This document shows, piece by piece, positions 44,640 to 54,138 of a DNA stretch of 64,000 nucleotides. Position numbers and translations under genes: made by a program. Below the pieces are notes generated by a model, which was not told the origin of the DNA, made no database searches, and saw only the letters and a program-made list of their open reading frames with translations. This DNA is from an uncultured Candidatus Peribacteria bacterium (GTDB lineage: Bacteria; Patescibacteriota; Gracilibacteria; 1-14-2-50-48-13), in the NCBI GenBank assembly GCA_964349065.1, contig CAYGEY010000002.1, positions 907 through 64,906 on the forward strand, read 5' to 3'. Numbering within the stretch: position 1 is the first letter of the stretch; each line of letters opens with the position of its first letter.

Positions 44640-46022
44640 CTAATTTTTCAGTATTTTCTGCAAAAAACCACAGATAGCAAACGTTCCCTCAGTAATTGTT
44701 GCTTTTGCAAACCCGCTGTCGAACTGACTCAACTCATTTTTATCCTTTGCGATTTTTTCAATGACATCCAGAATATTCTGATTTTTTTCCATGATAACAC
44801 CAATATGATATTTATTTATAAGCTCTGCATTACCTTGCTCCTGCCCCGGAAGTACCTTGGTAATAATCATTGGGCGACGAGCCGCAATACATTCCATTAC
44901 TGTCGCTCCACCAGCCTTTGTAATTATCACATCCGCGGCTTTCATATACGCATACATATTATCAACCCATTTGAGCAAAGTAACATTGTCTCCCAGATTC
45001 ATTTTTTCCAGTTTCTGGAACAAATCCTCATTGTTTGCCAAAATCATAATGAGTTTAGCATGTTTTCCGCATTTTTGATGGAAATCTTTAACCCATGCGA
45101 CATCTTTCAATTTACTTCCAGTCCCGACAGACATGAGAAACACTTGCTTCTCCGTATGAATATGCAAACTTTGACGAGCTTCTTCTTTAGAAAGAGAATG
45201 AAAAAACTTCGGGTGAACAGGAAACCCAAGTACTTTTACTTTTGTTTTTGCATACCCCTTCTCAACTACCGCTTCTTTGGTCTCTTCGTTAGCCACGATA
45301 TAATAATCAACATCCTTGCCGTACCACATCTCGTGTATGGAAATCGAATCTGTAATAACTGTAACAAACGGAATATATTTCTTCATCTGGCGCAGAGAAC
45401 GTTTAATCCAGTGGTTAATTCCAGGAAAAGAGTATGTGGAAACAATCACGTCAGGATTTTCCTCCTCGATGATGGCATCCAATTTTCCGGCAAACATCGG
45501 GTATCCAAAACCATGCACGAGTGCCATACCCTCCTTAGAATCAGTTGATTCAAACATCCACTGATAAAGTTTTGGAGTATGTTTCACAGTTGTCTCATAA
45601 AATGTGTTCAGATCAACTGGGAGTTCCTTGAACACTATTTCTGCATCGTACCCATATTTTTCATGCATCCCTGCCAAAATGGCTTTCGCAGCGGAAGTAT
45701 GACCGTGACCTGCGCGAATTGTGATGATAAGAATCTTTTTTCGATGTTCCAGCATCTGTTTTTGTTTCCGAAGAAACGCTTCCAATAGACTAAGAGACTG
45801 GTCATTCAACAATCCAGCTATCATTCCATAAAAAAATTTCTTGGATATGTGAGAATATTCATCAATTGTATGCTTATTTGTCGATTTCTCGAGAATGAGT
45901 GCAAGCTCCTGTAAATACTGGGCAAACATGTTTTCAAGTACATTTGTTCTAGAGTTTTTTTCAAAAAATACTTTTTGGAAATTCAATGCCTCTTTAAATA
46001 TTGTTGATCTTTGGCTGTACAT
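44640..46022 (-). CDS. glycosyltransferase, MGDG-synthase/UgtP-like (GT28 family)
   Basis: 460 aa. ILIITIRAGHGHTSAAKAI motif and C-terminal ITKAGGATVMECIA. There is an N-terminal extension of about 95 aa. Confidence 0.8.
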   Translation of the reverse strand: MYSQRSTIFKEALNFQKVFFEKNSRTNVLENMFAQYLQELALILEKSTNKHTIDEYSHISKKFFYGMIAGLLNDQSLSLLEAFLRKQKQMLEHRKKILIITIRAGHGHTSAAKAILAGMHEKYGYDAEIVFKELPVDLNTFYETTVKHTPKLYQWMFESTDSKEGMALVHGFGYPMFAGKLDAIIEEENPDVIVSTYSFPGINHWIKRSLRQMKKYIPFVTVITDSISIHEMWYGKDVDYYIVANEETKEAVVEKGYAKTKVKVLGFPVHPKFFHSLSKEEARQSLHIHTEKQVFLMSVGTGSKLKDVAWVKDFHQKCGKHAKLIMILANNEDLFQKLEKMNLGDNVTLLKWVDNMYAYMKAADVIITKAGGATVMECIAARRPMIITKVLPGQEQGNAELINKYHIGVIMEKNQNILDVIEKIAKDKNELSQFDSGFAKATITEGTFAICGFLQKILKN

Positions 46023-46096
46023 ACTATTGTTTGGTTGGTAAACACTTGTATTTTAGCGAGAAATTTGCTATACTACAATGACATATAAAAAATACT

Positions 46097-46465
46097 ATGA
46101 ACAAGGTGAGGATAGGAATAGTACTGCTTATGATACAACTTGGCATTCCAAGTGTATTTGCAGCAGACAAGCCACAAGTTAAATGCGGCGATGGTGCGCT
46201 ACCCGGTTGTGACAGCAATATCAGTATCGGGGCTGTATTTACAAACCTAGTTCCGACAGTCATAAACTTTGTTATCTTCGGCATTGCAATTGTGTCCTTT
46301 GCGTTTCTTGTCAAAGGCGGCATAGATATGATCTTGGCTCTGGGACAGGAAGAAAAAATGAAAAAAGCTGTGGGAAGCATGGTCTCGGCTGTTATCGGCC
46401 TAGCTGTTGCTCTCCTATCGTATGCGATTGTTGCGGCGATTGTATCTCTTAAAATTTTTGGATAA
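46097..46465 (+). CDS. TrbC/VirB2-like (T4SS-pilin-like) small membrane protein 1
   Basis: 122 aa. Signal peptide ending FAAD, then two TM helices around a polar loop (LALGQEEKMKKAVG). Confidence 0.6.
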   Translation: MNKVRIGIVLLMIQLGIPSVFAADKPQVKCGDGALPGCDSNISIGAVFTNLVPTVINFVIFGIAIVSFAFLVKGGIDMILALGQEEKMKKAVGSMVSAVIGLAVALLSYAIVAAIVSLKIFG

Positions 46466-46466
46466 C

Positions 46467-46871
46467 ATGAAAAAAATAATTTCAATTTTGCTTTCTGTGG
46501 GACTGGGGATCGGGCTTGCCTTTGGGGGTGTATTAGCTGCTGATGAAAATTTTTTAACTCCAAATACGCCAACACTATTTGCTCCAACGGAGAATGGATT
46601 AGAAGCTGTTAAACCAACCGAAGATGCTAAATCCCAACAGGTGAACCTTTTATTCCAGGGACCTCAGTCTGTTATGAGATTTCTTTTCGGATTATTTACT
46701 TTGATTGGGGTTTTAGCAAGTATTTATGCCGGATCACGCATAGTTTTCTCACAAGGAGATCCAAAAAAGATGCAACAGGGGTTTTTTATGCTTCTCTACA
46801 CAGCCATCGGGTTTCTGATTATCGGTAGTGCCTGGTTTATCATACGGTTTATCCTTAATTTCAAATTCTAA
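46467..46871 (+). CDS. TrbC/VirB2-like small membrane protein 2
   Basis: Start MKKIISILL at 46467, 1 nt after the stop of gene 1. Signal peptide ending LAAD, then a TM hairpin with SQGDPKKMQQG loop. Confidence 0.6.
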   Translation: MKKIISILLSVGLGIGLAFGGVLAADENFLTPNTPTLFAPTENGLEAVKPTEDAKSQQVNLLFQGPQSVMRFLFGLFTLIGVLASIYAGSRIVFSQGDPKKMQQGFFMLLYTAIGFLIIGSAWFIIRFILNFKF

Positions 46872-47395
46872 TGAAAAAAGGATTATCTGTTTTTATAGTA
46901 AGTTTTAGTCTTATGCTTACAACAAGTTTTGTCCAGGCCGCAGATCCTTGCGATCTGTCAGTTGGCGGAGATGCAGCTTTTTCTTTTCAAAGTATAACTC
47001 CGGATAATGCCCCGTCCATCAAACAACTTGGAGTGGATTGCAGCAAGCTGAAAATCTCAAATGATGCGAATATCAATGGTAAAAATCTTGCAACAACAAA
47101 TGCTGCAAATGCAACAACCATATTGATTAAGAATATCATATCCATTGTCACCGGTTTCATTGCATCATTTGCGGCTCTTTATGCTATTTTTCGACTTATG
47201 GGACACGCCTTGGCCTTGGCACAATCCCAAGGTGATGCAACTAAAATGGATGCCGCAAAAAAGGGAATAGTGAACACCCTAGCCAGTCTTTTCATTATTT
47301 CGATAGCATATATGATTGTGTATACAATCATCAATACAACTCTGGCAATTCCTGCAACACTGCCGACTTCATCCACAACTGCCGGTACACGATAA
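46871..47395 (+). CDS. TrbC/VirB2-like small membrane protein 3
   Basis: 174 aa. Signal peptide ending VQAAD, then a TM hairpin with AQSQGDATKMDAAKKG loop. The start overlaps the previous stop (TAATG). Confidence 0.6.
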   Translation: MKKGLSVFIVSFSLMLTTSFVQAADPCDLSVGGDAAFSFQSITPDNAPSIKQLGVDCSKLKISNDANINGKNLATTNAANATTILIKNIISIVTGFIASFAALYAIFRLMGHALALAQSQGDATKMDAAKKGIVNTLASLFIISIAYMIVYTIINTTLAIPATLPTSSTTAGTR

Positions 47396-47400
47396 CCAGT

Positions 47401-47481
47401 CTAAAAAATATAGATCAATACTGATGAAAGCACCAATACGAGCAATATCATTCCAACACCTATTTTCTGCACAATTTTCAT
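47401..47481 (-). CDS. possible 26-aa membrane micro-protein
   Basis: ATGA overlap with the stop of 47478..47777. Hand translation MKIVQKIGVGMILLVLVLSSVLIYIF. Confidence 0.25.
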   Translation of the reverse strand: MKIVQKIGVGMILLVLVLSSVLIYIF

Positions 47482-47777
47482 ATTTTTGAGGTAAGTTTAA
47501 GAAGTTTTCTGCGAGATGAGGATCCCGCAATTATCTGTACTCTCCACTTCTTCAGCGATTCCCTTTCAAAATATTCGATCAGTTCCTGATTGGCTTTTCC
47601 TTTTTCTGGAGGTTTTGCTACTGCGATTATATAGATTTTTTGCATTGTTCCATCGATGTTTTCCTCGCGGATTTCTTCTAATCCTGTTTTTACTTTATGA
47701 GGACGGACTTTTACTGATATGAATATTTCACCGTTTTTTTGAATGCTATTTGCTAACTCTAATAGCCATGATTCCAT
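47478..47777 (-). CDS. DUF167 (YggU-like) protein
   Basis: 99 aa. ISVKVRPHKVKTGLEEI and GKANQELIEYF fit UPF0235/DUF167. The start overlaps the rpmA stop. Confidence 0.7.
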   Translation of the reverse strand: MESWLLELANSIQKNGEIFISVKVRPHKVKTGLEEIREENIDGTMQKIYIIAVAKPPEKGKANQELIEYFERESLKKWRVQIIAGSSSRRKLLKLTSKI

Positions 47778-48049
47778 TATGAAACGTGTACAACAACGTC
47801 TTTGAAAATTCTACCGTCAAATTTCTTCATTTTTCTCTCTTCAAAACTCACCACACCTTCTGTTCTGGCATACAATGTAAAATCTCGTCCTTCAGACACA
47901 TTATTTCCGGCGAAAAACTTGTTTCCTTTCTGTCGAACAATGATATTTCCTGCGATTACCTTCTCACCACCAAATACCTTCACTCCTCGTCTTTGCGATG
48001 CCGAGTCTCTTCCGTTTTTGGTCGAACCTGCCGCCTTTTTATGTGCCAT
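47777..48049 (-). CDS. rpmA: 50S ribosomal protein L27
   Basis: [36 protein letters not shown]. Confidence 0.95.
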   Translation of the reverse strand: MAHKKAAGSTKNGRDSASQRRGVKVFGGEKVIAGNIIVRQKGNKFFAGNNVSEGRDFTLYARTEGVVSFEERKMKKFDGRIFKDVVVHVS

Positions 48050-48210
48050 AGTGTATTAAATGAAAATCAAATGTGTTAATGTACATTGACAAGAATATGT
48101 ATTTTTGAGTAGGAGGCAAGAGAAAGTTGTTTGATGATTTTCCTCCCTCTTCCCACCTCTTTAAAAATCAATATACTTTCAATGAAAATTACCCTCTCAA
48201 TATTCAGACT

Positions 48211-49788
48211 ATGAAAAAAATTCTCAGCATACTTGCTGTTATTAGTTTCCAAACTATAGCGATATCAACGACTCATGCTTTTTTTAAGGACGTGCCTGAA
48301 ACACATGAGCACAGTAAAGCAATCCATGCCCTGTATGACCAAAAAGTTATTGAGGGCTATAGTGATAATACTTTCAAGCCGGATGAGCATGTCAGTCGAG
48401 CTGAGGCACTAAAAATTATTCTCAAGAGTGTATATAATGATATTCCAACTTCAGTGGATGAAAGCAAGTTTCCGGATATTTCGGCTAAAGACTGGGTTGC
48501 ATCGTATGCGAACTTCGGAAAAGAGAAAAATATTGTGAATGGGTATCCTGATGGAAAGTACAAGGCAAGTGCTCTTATTAATTCAGCTGAGATTTTGAAA
48601 GTCGCAACGAGAACGTATACAATCTCGACTACCACTATGTATAAAGAAGAAGATTATAAAAAGAACTTCCCGACCGTTTCACTCAAAGAGTGGTTTTTGC
48701 CATACATATTGTATGCAAAGGAAAAAAATCTCGGACTGTACTCAGCCCCGGGATCTAATCCAACTCGTGGAGAAATGGCGGAAATCATTTATCGTCTGAA
48801 AACGACGTATGCGTTTGATTTGCCGACATTTAACGAGGCAGATATTGACCTGTATAATAGTGTCATGACGAGTCTTGGGATTTCACCTGAGAGTATTACC
48901 GGGAGACAGACTATAGCTGTACAAACGGAGGATATGAAAAAAGACACTCCAGTAACACCTACTGTATCAACAGATACAGCTTTGCCAATAACTCCTACGT
49001 CTACTCCAACTACAACTGCCCTCTCCCCAGTTCTTGCCATTAAGGTTGATACACCACTTACGATAATTGAATCCTCACCATTTCTCTCAGGAACCAATGC
49101 ACCTCTTGCCCAGCCGGTGATTCCTTCGGATACTTTGGATGATGCTGATAATGGGAAACTACTTAAGATCATCAATGGTCTTATGTTCGAGGGAGATATG
49201 CTCGCGCTTACATGGACGACCAATTTGACTATTGATAAAGAAATGTTGTCTATTATGCAAAGTCAGCTAACAAGCCTTAGAGCTGAAATTACCGCAACAA
49301 AAACGGTGATTATTAATGATACCAACAAATCAAAAGAGACAAAGAAAAAGATCAGGAAAACTATTTCAGAAGCAAAGGCGACAATAACGGAGCTATATGC
49401 AAAGACATACGGTGCTATAATCAAAGGAGCAGATGATGCCAAGAATGTTTTGCCAATGCTTGAAAAATATGCAGATTTACCTGCATACAAAGAGATCGAG
49501 GCGAAGCAAGAAGAGATCATGAAGGCACAAAAAATAACCTTGGCTGATACAAATATGCCACAGTGCGGAGTGGATGAGAGTTTGATTTTCGAAGACACTA
49601 TGGATAATTTTCATACGATTGTGAAGTTGCTCACTGAGCAAGATGCGCTGTATCTAAAATTGGTGAAGCAGGTTGCGAAGAAGGATGAGGTGGTGAAAGA
49701 AGACACGTCTAATGATAAAGAGGATGTGAAGACAGATGAGAAGGATATGAAAAAGGCTGAGATGAGTTTGGAGGTGAAGAAGAAATAA
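48211..49788 (+). CDS. secreted SLH-domain protein with Thr/Pro linker and coiled C-terminal region
   Basis: Start MKKILSILAV at 48211 (signal peptide). SLH repeats (FKDVPETHEHSKAIHALYDQKVIEGYSDNTFKPD; FPDISAKDWVASYANFGKEKNIVNGYPDGKYKA). Confidence 0.7.
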   Translation: MKKILSILAVISFQTIAISTTHAFFKDVPETHEHSKAIHALYDQKVIEGYSDNTFKPDEHVSRAEALKIILKSVYNDIPTSVDESKFPDISAKDWVASYANFGKEKNIVNGYPDGKYKASALINSAEILKVATRTYTISTTTMYKEEDYKKNFPTVSLKEWFLPYILYAKEKNLGLYSAPGSNPTRGEMAEIIYRLKTTYAFDLPTFNEADIDLYNSVMTSLGISPESITGRQTIAVQTEDMKKDTPVTPTVSTDTALPITPTSTPTTTALSPVLAIKVDTPLTIIESSPFLSGTNAPLAQPVIPSDTLDDADNGKLLKIINGLMFEGDMLALTWTTNLTIDKEMLSIMQSQLTSLRAEITATKTVIINDTNKSKETKKKIRKTISEAKATITELYAKTYGAIIKGADDAKNVLPMLEKYADLPAYKEIEAKQEEIMKAQKITLADTNMPQCGVDESLIFEDTMDNFHTIVKLLTEQDALYLKLVKQVAKKDEVVKEDTSNDKEDVKTDEKDMKKAEMSLEVKKK

Positions 49789-50859
49789 TCAACCCTTCTT
49801 CATCAACGCCAAATGCTTCATCAACGTGATAAACAAGGCCATAATACACGGTCCATACACAATCCCGATCGGACCAAAGAGTGTGATCCCGCCTAAAATC
49901 GCCAGGAATATCGCAAGCGGATAAAGCTGCGTCCGTGCATCCAAGAACCTCGGCCTAATTACCGCGTAAAACAAAAAGCTATCGATAAAAATAACAGTAA
50001 TCAAGAACAGCAATGCCATCCACCACGAATTGGAAAAGTATAAAAAGAAAACGCTCGGAATATAAATGATCCAGGTTCCAAGCACTGGAATAAGCGCTAG
50101 AAAAGCGATACAAAGCCCCCAAAGCATCGGGCTCGTAAACCCAAAGAGCCAGAAAACCACAGTCATAATCGCTCCCATAATCAGCGACGACACAATACTT
50201 CCCATGATCACCGTCTGCCCCACATGCTCCACCGCATCCACGAGATTTTGCGTCTCCTGCTTATTAAACGGCAGAAGGCTTTTGAACTGTTCAATTATCA
50301 TTTCCCCATCGCGCACTAAAAAGTACGTGATGAATAAAAAGAAAAAACTGTTAATCATAATTCCGGCAAGGTTGCTCAAAATAGCAATCGCATTGTTGTA
50401 AATAAGCTGCCCAAACACCTGTACACTATTGCCGATATACGCCCGCATCCCGTCGATCGAAATCTGAATATGCGTCGGTTCAAGAAGGTTGTTTATTGCA
50501 TGTTCCGTTCCTGCAAGTTTGTTGGTGAGTAACGTAAACCCGTCACTCGATAACATCTTTTGTACAAACCCTACAAAGTTAAATGCTTCCAGACCCAGCA
50601 AAACTATGATCAAGAGCATAGGAATAATAATCACTAACAGTGTCAGCACTGTTGAAATCCCTGCGTATAGACTTTTATTATTCGTCAACTTTTTCGGCAT
50701 TGAGGGTTTGATCTTCACGAAAATACTTGCCACGATCGCGGCCAAAATTAGCGGACCGATATATGGCGAAACTAGCCAGACCGTAATAATAATAACGACA
50801 AAATAAATAAGGCTTCGAACCATTTGTGATGACAGAACATTGATCTCTTTTAAGTCCAT
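49789..50859 (-). CDS. AI-2E family transporter (PerM/UPF0118)
   Basis: 356 aa, about 8 TM segments, with family-typical length and topology. Confidence 0.75.
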   Translation of the reverse strand: MDLKEINVLSSQMVRSLIYFVVIIITVWLVSPYIGPLILAAIVASIFVKIKPSMPKKLTNNKSLYAGISTVLTLLVIIIPMLLIIVLLGLEAFNFVGFVQKMLSSDGFTLLTNKLAGTEHAINNLLEPTHIQISIDGMRAYIGNSVQVFGQLIYNNAIAILSNLAGIMINSFFFLFITYFLVRDGEMIIEQFKSLLPFNKQETQNLVDAVEHVGQTVIMGSIVSSLIMGAIMTVVFWLFGFTSPMLWGLCIAFLALIPVLGTWIIYIPSVFFLYFSNSWWMALLFLITVIFIDSFLFYAVIRPRFLDARTQLYPLAIFLAILGGITLFGPIGIVYGPCIMALFITLMKHLALMKKG

Positions 50860-50977
50860 TGAGAGTATATTTACTTATAGATATTTTCACTATAAACAGG
50901 AAACTCATTTCATTCTAGATTTTTCTTCGAGATACTTCGCAATCTGTGGTATAATACTATGAATCCTAACCAATGAC

Positions 50978-51160
50978 ATGAGTGAAATAGTCCCTACTTC
51001 AGGAGGAAGTCACAGAAAAAAATCAGCCAGTCCGGCAGAGATAGCCAGAAGAAAAAAAATCTGGGCCAAGTTTCCGGAATTGCAAAAGAAGTTTGAGCTT
51101 GAAGAAGCGCAAGATAAGAACGAGGCGGAAAGTCTGCTTGAGGGCATTAATAATAAATAA
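50978..51160 (+). CDS. small charged hypothetical protein
   Basis: 60-aa ORF ending 4 nt before the pyk ATG. Confidence 0.35.
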   Translation: MSEIVPTSGGSHRKKSASPAEIARRKKIWAKFPELQKKFELEEAQDKNEAESLLEGINNK

Positions 51161-51164
51161 CACT

Positions 51165-52160
51165 ATGATTAGAATAATCACTACACTCGGTCCGGCTACA
51201 GAAACAAAGGAAGCCCTCATCTCACTTGCAAAGGCCGGGGCGAATATCTTCCGATTTAATTTCACGCATGGGACGTATGAGTGGTATGATAATTTATTTG
51301 CGAAGGCTCATGTAGTGAATGATGAACTTGGTGGAAAATTAATATTTATGTTGGATACAAAAGGTCCGGAGGTCCGTACCGGATCGTCTAAAAAGGAAAT
51401 CATTATTAAAGAGGGCGAAGTCTATTCCCTGGGAGATGAGGATACTGATATTCCATGTGACTATGCGCCACTTGCACAAAAATGCACTGTTGGACAGCTT
51501 CTCCACATTGATGGAGGAAAAATTCAAATGATTGTAGAAAAGGTCGAAGGAAACAAAGTATTCGCTCATGCCGAAAATGATGGAGTTATCACACCAAAAC
51601 GACATCTTAATTTACCAGGGGTGTATTTGGACTTACCTATTCTTTCAGATATTGATAAAGAAGATGTGGCATTTGGGATCAAACATGGCATCCACAGAAT
51701 AGCCGCGAGTTTTGTCAGCTCTGCAAAAGATATTGCAGATATTCGCAAATTTGTTGCCACGCAAACTAATAGAAAAATTGAAATCATTGCGAAAATAGAA
51801 TCAGTAACAGGTATCAAAAATATCGATGAAATCATAGATGCTTCTGATGGCATTATGATTGCCCGTGGTGACCTTGCTGTGGAAACGTCTTTTGAAAAAT
51901 TACCTGTCTACCAACACATGATTATCCAAAAATGTTTAGTAGCTCATAAACCGTTTATTGTCGCGACACAGCTTTTGGCAAGCATGGTTACAAATACAAC
52001 ACCCACACGGGCGGAGGCATCTGATGTCGGAAACAGTGTGTACGCCGGAGCAGATGCCATTATGCTTTCAGAGGAGACTTCTGTTGGTGAACATCCCTTT
52101 CTTTGTGTTGAAACGATGCGAAAAATCGCGAATGCGGTGGAAAGTGATATGGGGAAATAA
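51165..52160 (+). CDS. pyk: pyruvate kinase lacking the C-terminal regulatory domain
   Basis: MIRIITTLGPATE, NFTHG, MLDTKGPEVRTG, MIARGDLAVE and MLSEETSVGEHP. It is 331 aa and ends right after the A domain. Confidence 0.85.
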   Translation: MIRIITTLGPATETKEALISLAKAGANIFRFNFTHGTYEWYDNLFAKAHVVNDELGGKLIFMLDTKGPEVRTGSSKKEIIIKEGEVYSLGDEDTDIPCDYAPLAQKCTVGQLLHIDGGKIQMIVEKVEGNKVFAHAENDGVITPKRHLNLPGVYLDLPILSDIDKEDVAFGIKHGIHRIAASFVSSAKDIADIRKFVATQTNRKIEIIAKIESVTGIKNIDEIIDASDGIMIARGDLAVETSFEKLPVYQHMIIQKCLVAHKPFIVATQLLASMVTNTTPTRAEASDVGNSVYAGADAIMLSEETSVGEHPFLCVETMRKIANAVESDMGK

Positions 52161-52163
52161 AAT

Positions 52164-52241
52164 AAGTAAAAGATACCCTAGACTCGATTCTTGTCGGAAC
52201 GAACGTGGAGACAATTGAGAGTCGGGTACTTTTACTTTTTT
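52164..52241 (+). repeat. conserved long hairpin element, copy B (3 nt after pyk stop; also acts as terminator-like hairpin plus T run)
   Basis: AAGTAAAAGATACCC-TAGACTCGATTCTTGTCGGAACGAACGTGGAGACAATTGAGAGTC-GGGTACTTTTACTT followed by TTTT. Confidence 0.7.
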
Positions 52242-52251
52242 ATTGTATCTT

Positions 52252-54024
52252 CTAAATAGCTTTCAACTGTTCAAACAACTTCTCAATCACCTTCATACCT
52301 TTGTTGTAAAACTCACTTGTCCCAAACTCAATCCCGAAGACTGATTTAATCATGTCATGAGGGGACTTACTTGATCCAAGTGATAAAAATTGCTCATACT
52401 TTGGAATAAAATCTGCAGGATTTTCTAAGTATTGTTCGTACAGACAGAGCACCACCAACAAACTCATCGGATACGTGAAGTAATAAAACGGCGTCTGGAA
52501 AATATGGGGAATACGAGCCCATGCATAGCGATCAAGATCGGTGCCGATGATATCTTTCCCTTTCACTTCATTGGAAAACCCTTCCCAAATATCACACATT
52601 TCTTCTGGAGAAAGAACACCCTTTGCCAATTTTTCATGCACAACAATTTCAAATCTCGTCACAGTGAGAGCACTCATGGTACAATACAAAAGATCTTCAA
52701 TGTGGTGTGAAAGGAGACTGCGTTTTTCCTCCCTGTCAGTGAGAGTTTTCATGTAATGATCAAGTAACAGAAGCTCTGCAAATTGAGATGCAGATTCAGC
52801 AATTACTTTGGAATGATTACGAAGAAGGTATGGCTGATGTTCCTGAGTTAAAAGAGAATGAACTCCGTGACCAAGCTCATGGATCATCGTAAATACTTCC
52901 CGAATCTTTGGTTGGTAGTTGAGTAGAATAAACGGATGTTCATACATCGACCATGAATATGCGCCGGCATATTTATTCCCTCCTTCGCGTGCATCGATCC
53001 AGCTGTTATCAAAAAATTGTTTTGCAAGACTTGCGAACTTTTCTGAAAATCCTGAAAAAGTGGCGAGGACCGTTTCTTTGGCAGTATCAAATGGGATAGG
53101 TGCTTCATGCGTAGAAAGTGGAGCCCCCATATCATACACATACATTTCTTCTAACCCAAGTTCTTTCTTTTTCCACGCATAATACTCGTGGTACAGTGGG
53201 ATGTACTCTTTTATAACTTCAATCATCTCTTTTGTATCTGAGTCTGCCACTTCATCCCCCATAGCTGAACGGAAAAGACCGTTCGGGTAGCCACGTACAT
53301 CCTTTGAATCTTGTTCAAAACTGCTCACCACCTGTGCATATGTGTATCCCAAAATATGCATGGTATCTTTGAACGGTTGTTTCATCAATTTGGAGGCCTG
53401 TTTACGCAGGTCTCTATTTGGAGAGGAGAGATAGTTCTTCAAAAGAGATTGATTCATCTTAATCTTTTTTCCTTCATCTTCGATTTCTCCAAAATCAAAA
53501 TGGGAAACTAATTCTGTGTGCATATTACGCCATCCCTCCTGCGCAAAACGGTCTTTGCTGATTAAAAGCATTTCAGATTTTTCATCTAACGTGTATTTTT
53601 CATACAATTTCACCACTTCAAAAAATCGTTGATATCTTGCCAGATTTTCATCATGTGAAAATTTTTCTATTTCTTCTGTAGGAATTTTTTTCAAGAATTG
53701 AGAAAACCATTCGAGCTTGCCTTCCACTTCTGTGAGGAGCGCGGTTGCAGAATCAAACGCTTTTTTTGCATCGGTGTTTTTTGTATCAACGTCATATTGC
53801 ATTCGGGCAAAAGCATAATAGTGAAGTACTTGCACTTCAATCTCCTCATACGCTTTAAGGCTTTCAAATAAATGATTTGTATCTATGGGTATTGCTGACA
53901 GATGGGAACGTTTTTCTTCAAAATCTTTCAAGGCTGTCTCAAGGTTCTTGGGTGCATCAAGATATTCTTTACTATCAAAACTCGTAAATAAATCAGTAAG
54001 ATCCCACATTGGAAGTGTCGACAT
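52252..54024 (-). CDS. pepF: oligoendopeptidase F (M3B)
   Basis: 590 aa. HELGHGVHS zinc motif and M3B length. Confidence 0.88.
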   Translation of the reverse strand: MSTLPMWDLTDLFTSFDSKEYLDAPKNLETALKDFEEKRSHLSAIPIDTNHLFESLKAYEEIEVQVLHYYAFARMQYDVDTKNTDAKKAFDSATALLTEVEGKLEWFSQFLKKIPTEEIEKFSHDENLARYQRFFEVVKLYEKYTLDEKSEMLLISKDRFAQEGWRNMHTELVSHFDFGEIEDEGKKIKMNQSLLKNYLSSPNRDLRKQASKLMKQPFKDTMHILGYTYAQVVSSFEQDSKDVRGYPNGLFRSAMGDEVADSDTKEMIEVIKEYIPLYHEYYAWKKKELGLEEMYVYDMGAPLSTHEAPIPFDTAKETVLATFSGFSEKFASLAKQFFDNSWIDAREGGNKYAGAYSWSMYEHPFILLNYQPKIREVFTMIHELGHGVHSLLTQEHQPYLLRNHSKVIAESASQFAELLLLDHYMKTLTDREEKRSLLSHHIEDLLYCTMSALTVTRFEIVVHEKLAKGVLSPEEMCDIWEGFSNEVKGKDIIGTDLDRYAWARIPHIFQTPFYYFTYPMSLLVVLCLYEQYLENPADFIPKYEQFLSLGSSKSPHDMIKSVFGIEFGTSEFYNKGMKVIEKLFEQLKAI

Positions 54025-54138
54025 GTTGTACTTGTAAATTTTAGTACGCTTAGTATCACAAAAATTTGAAAAAAGAAAAGACCTTGTTCTTTGTTTGTGT
54101 ATAATTTACACTTATTATGAAGATTGTAAAAACAAATC

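Noticed and set aside
44805-45548. 247-aa plus-strand ORF
   Set aside because: It is antisense to the MGDG-synthase-like glycosyltransferase, which has clear family motifs. The translation is hydrophobic, low-complexity noise.
46024-46587. 187-aa minus-strand ORF
   Set aside because: It is antisense to two well-supported pilin-like genes that have signal peptides and TM hairpins. Its composition is low-complexity, Pro/Ala/Thr-rich and typical of a shadow ORF.
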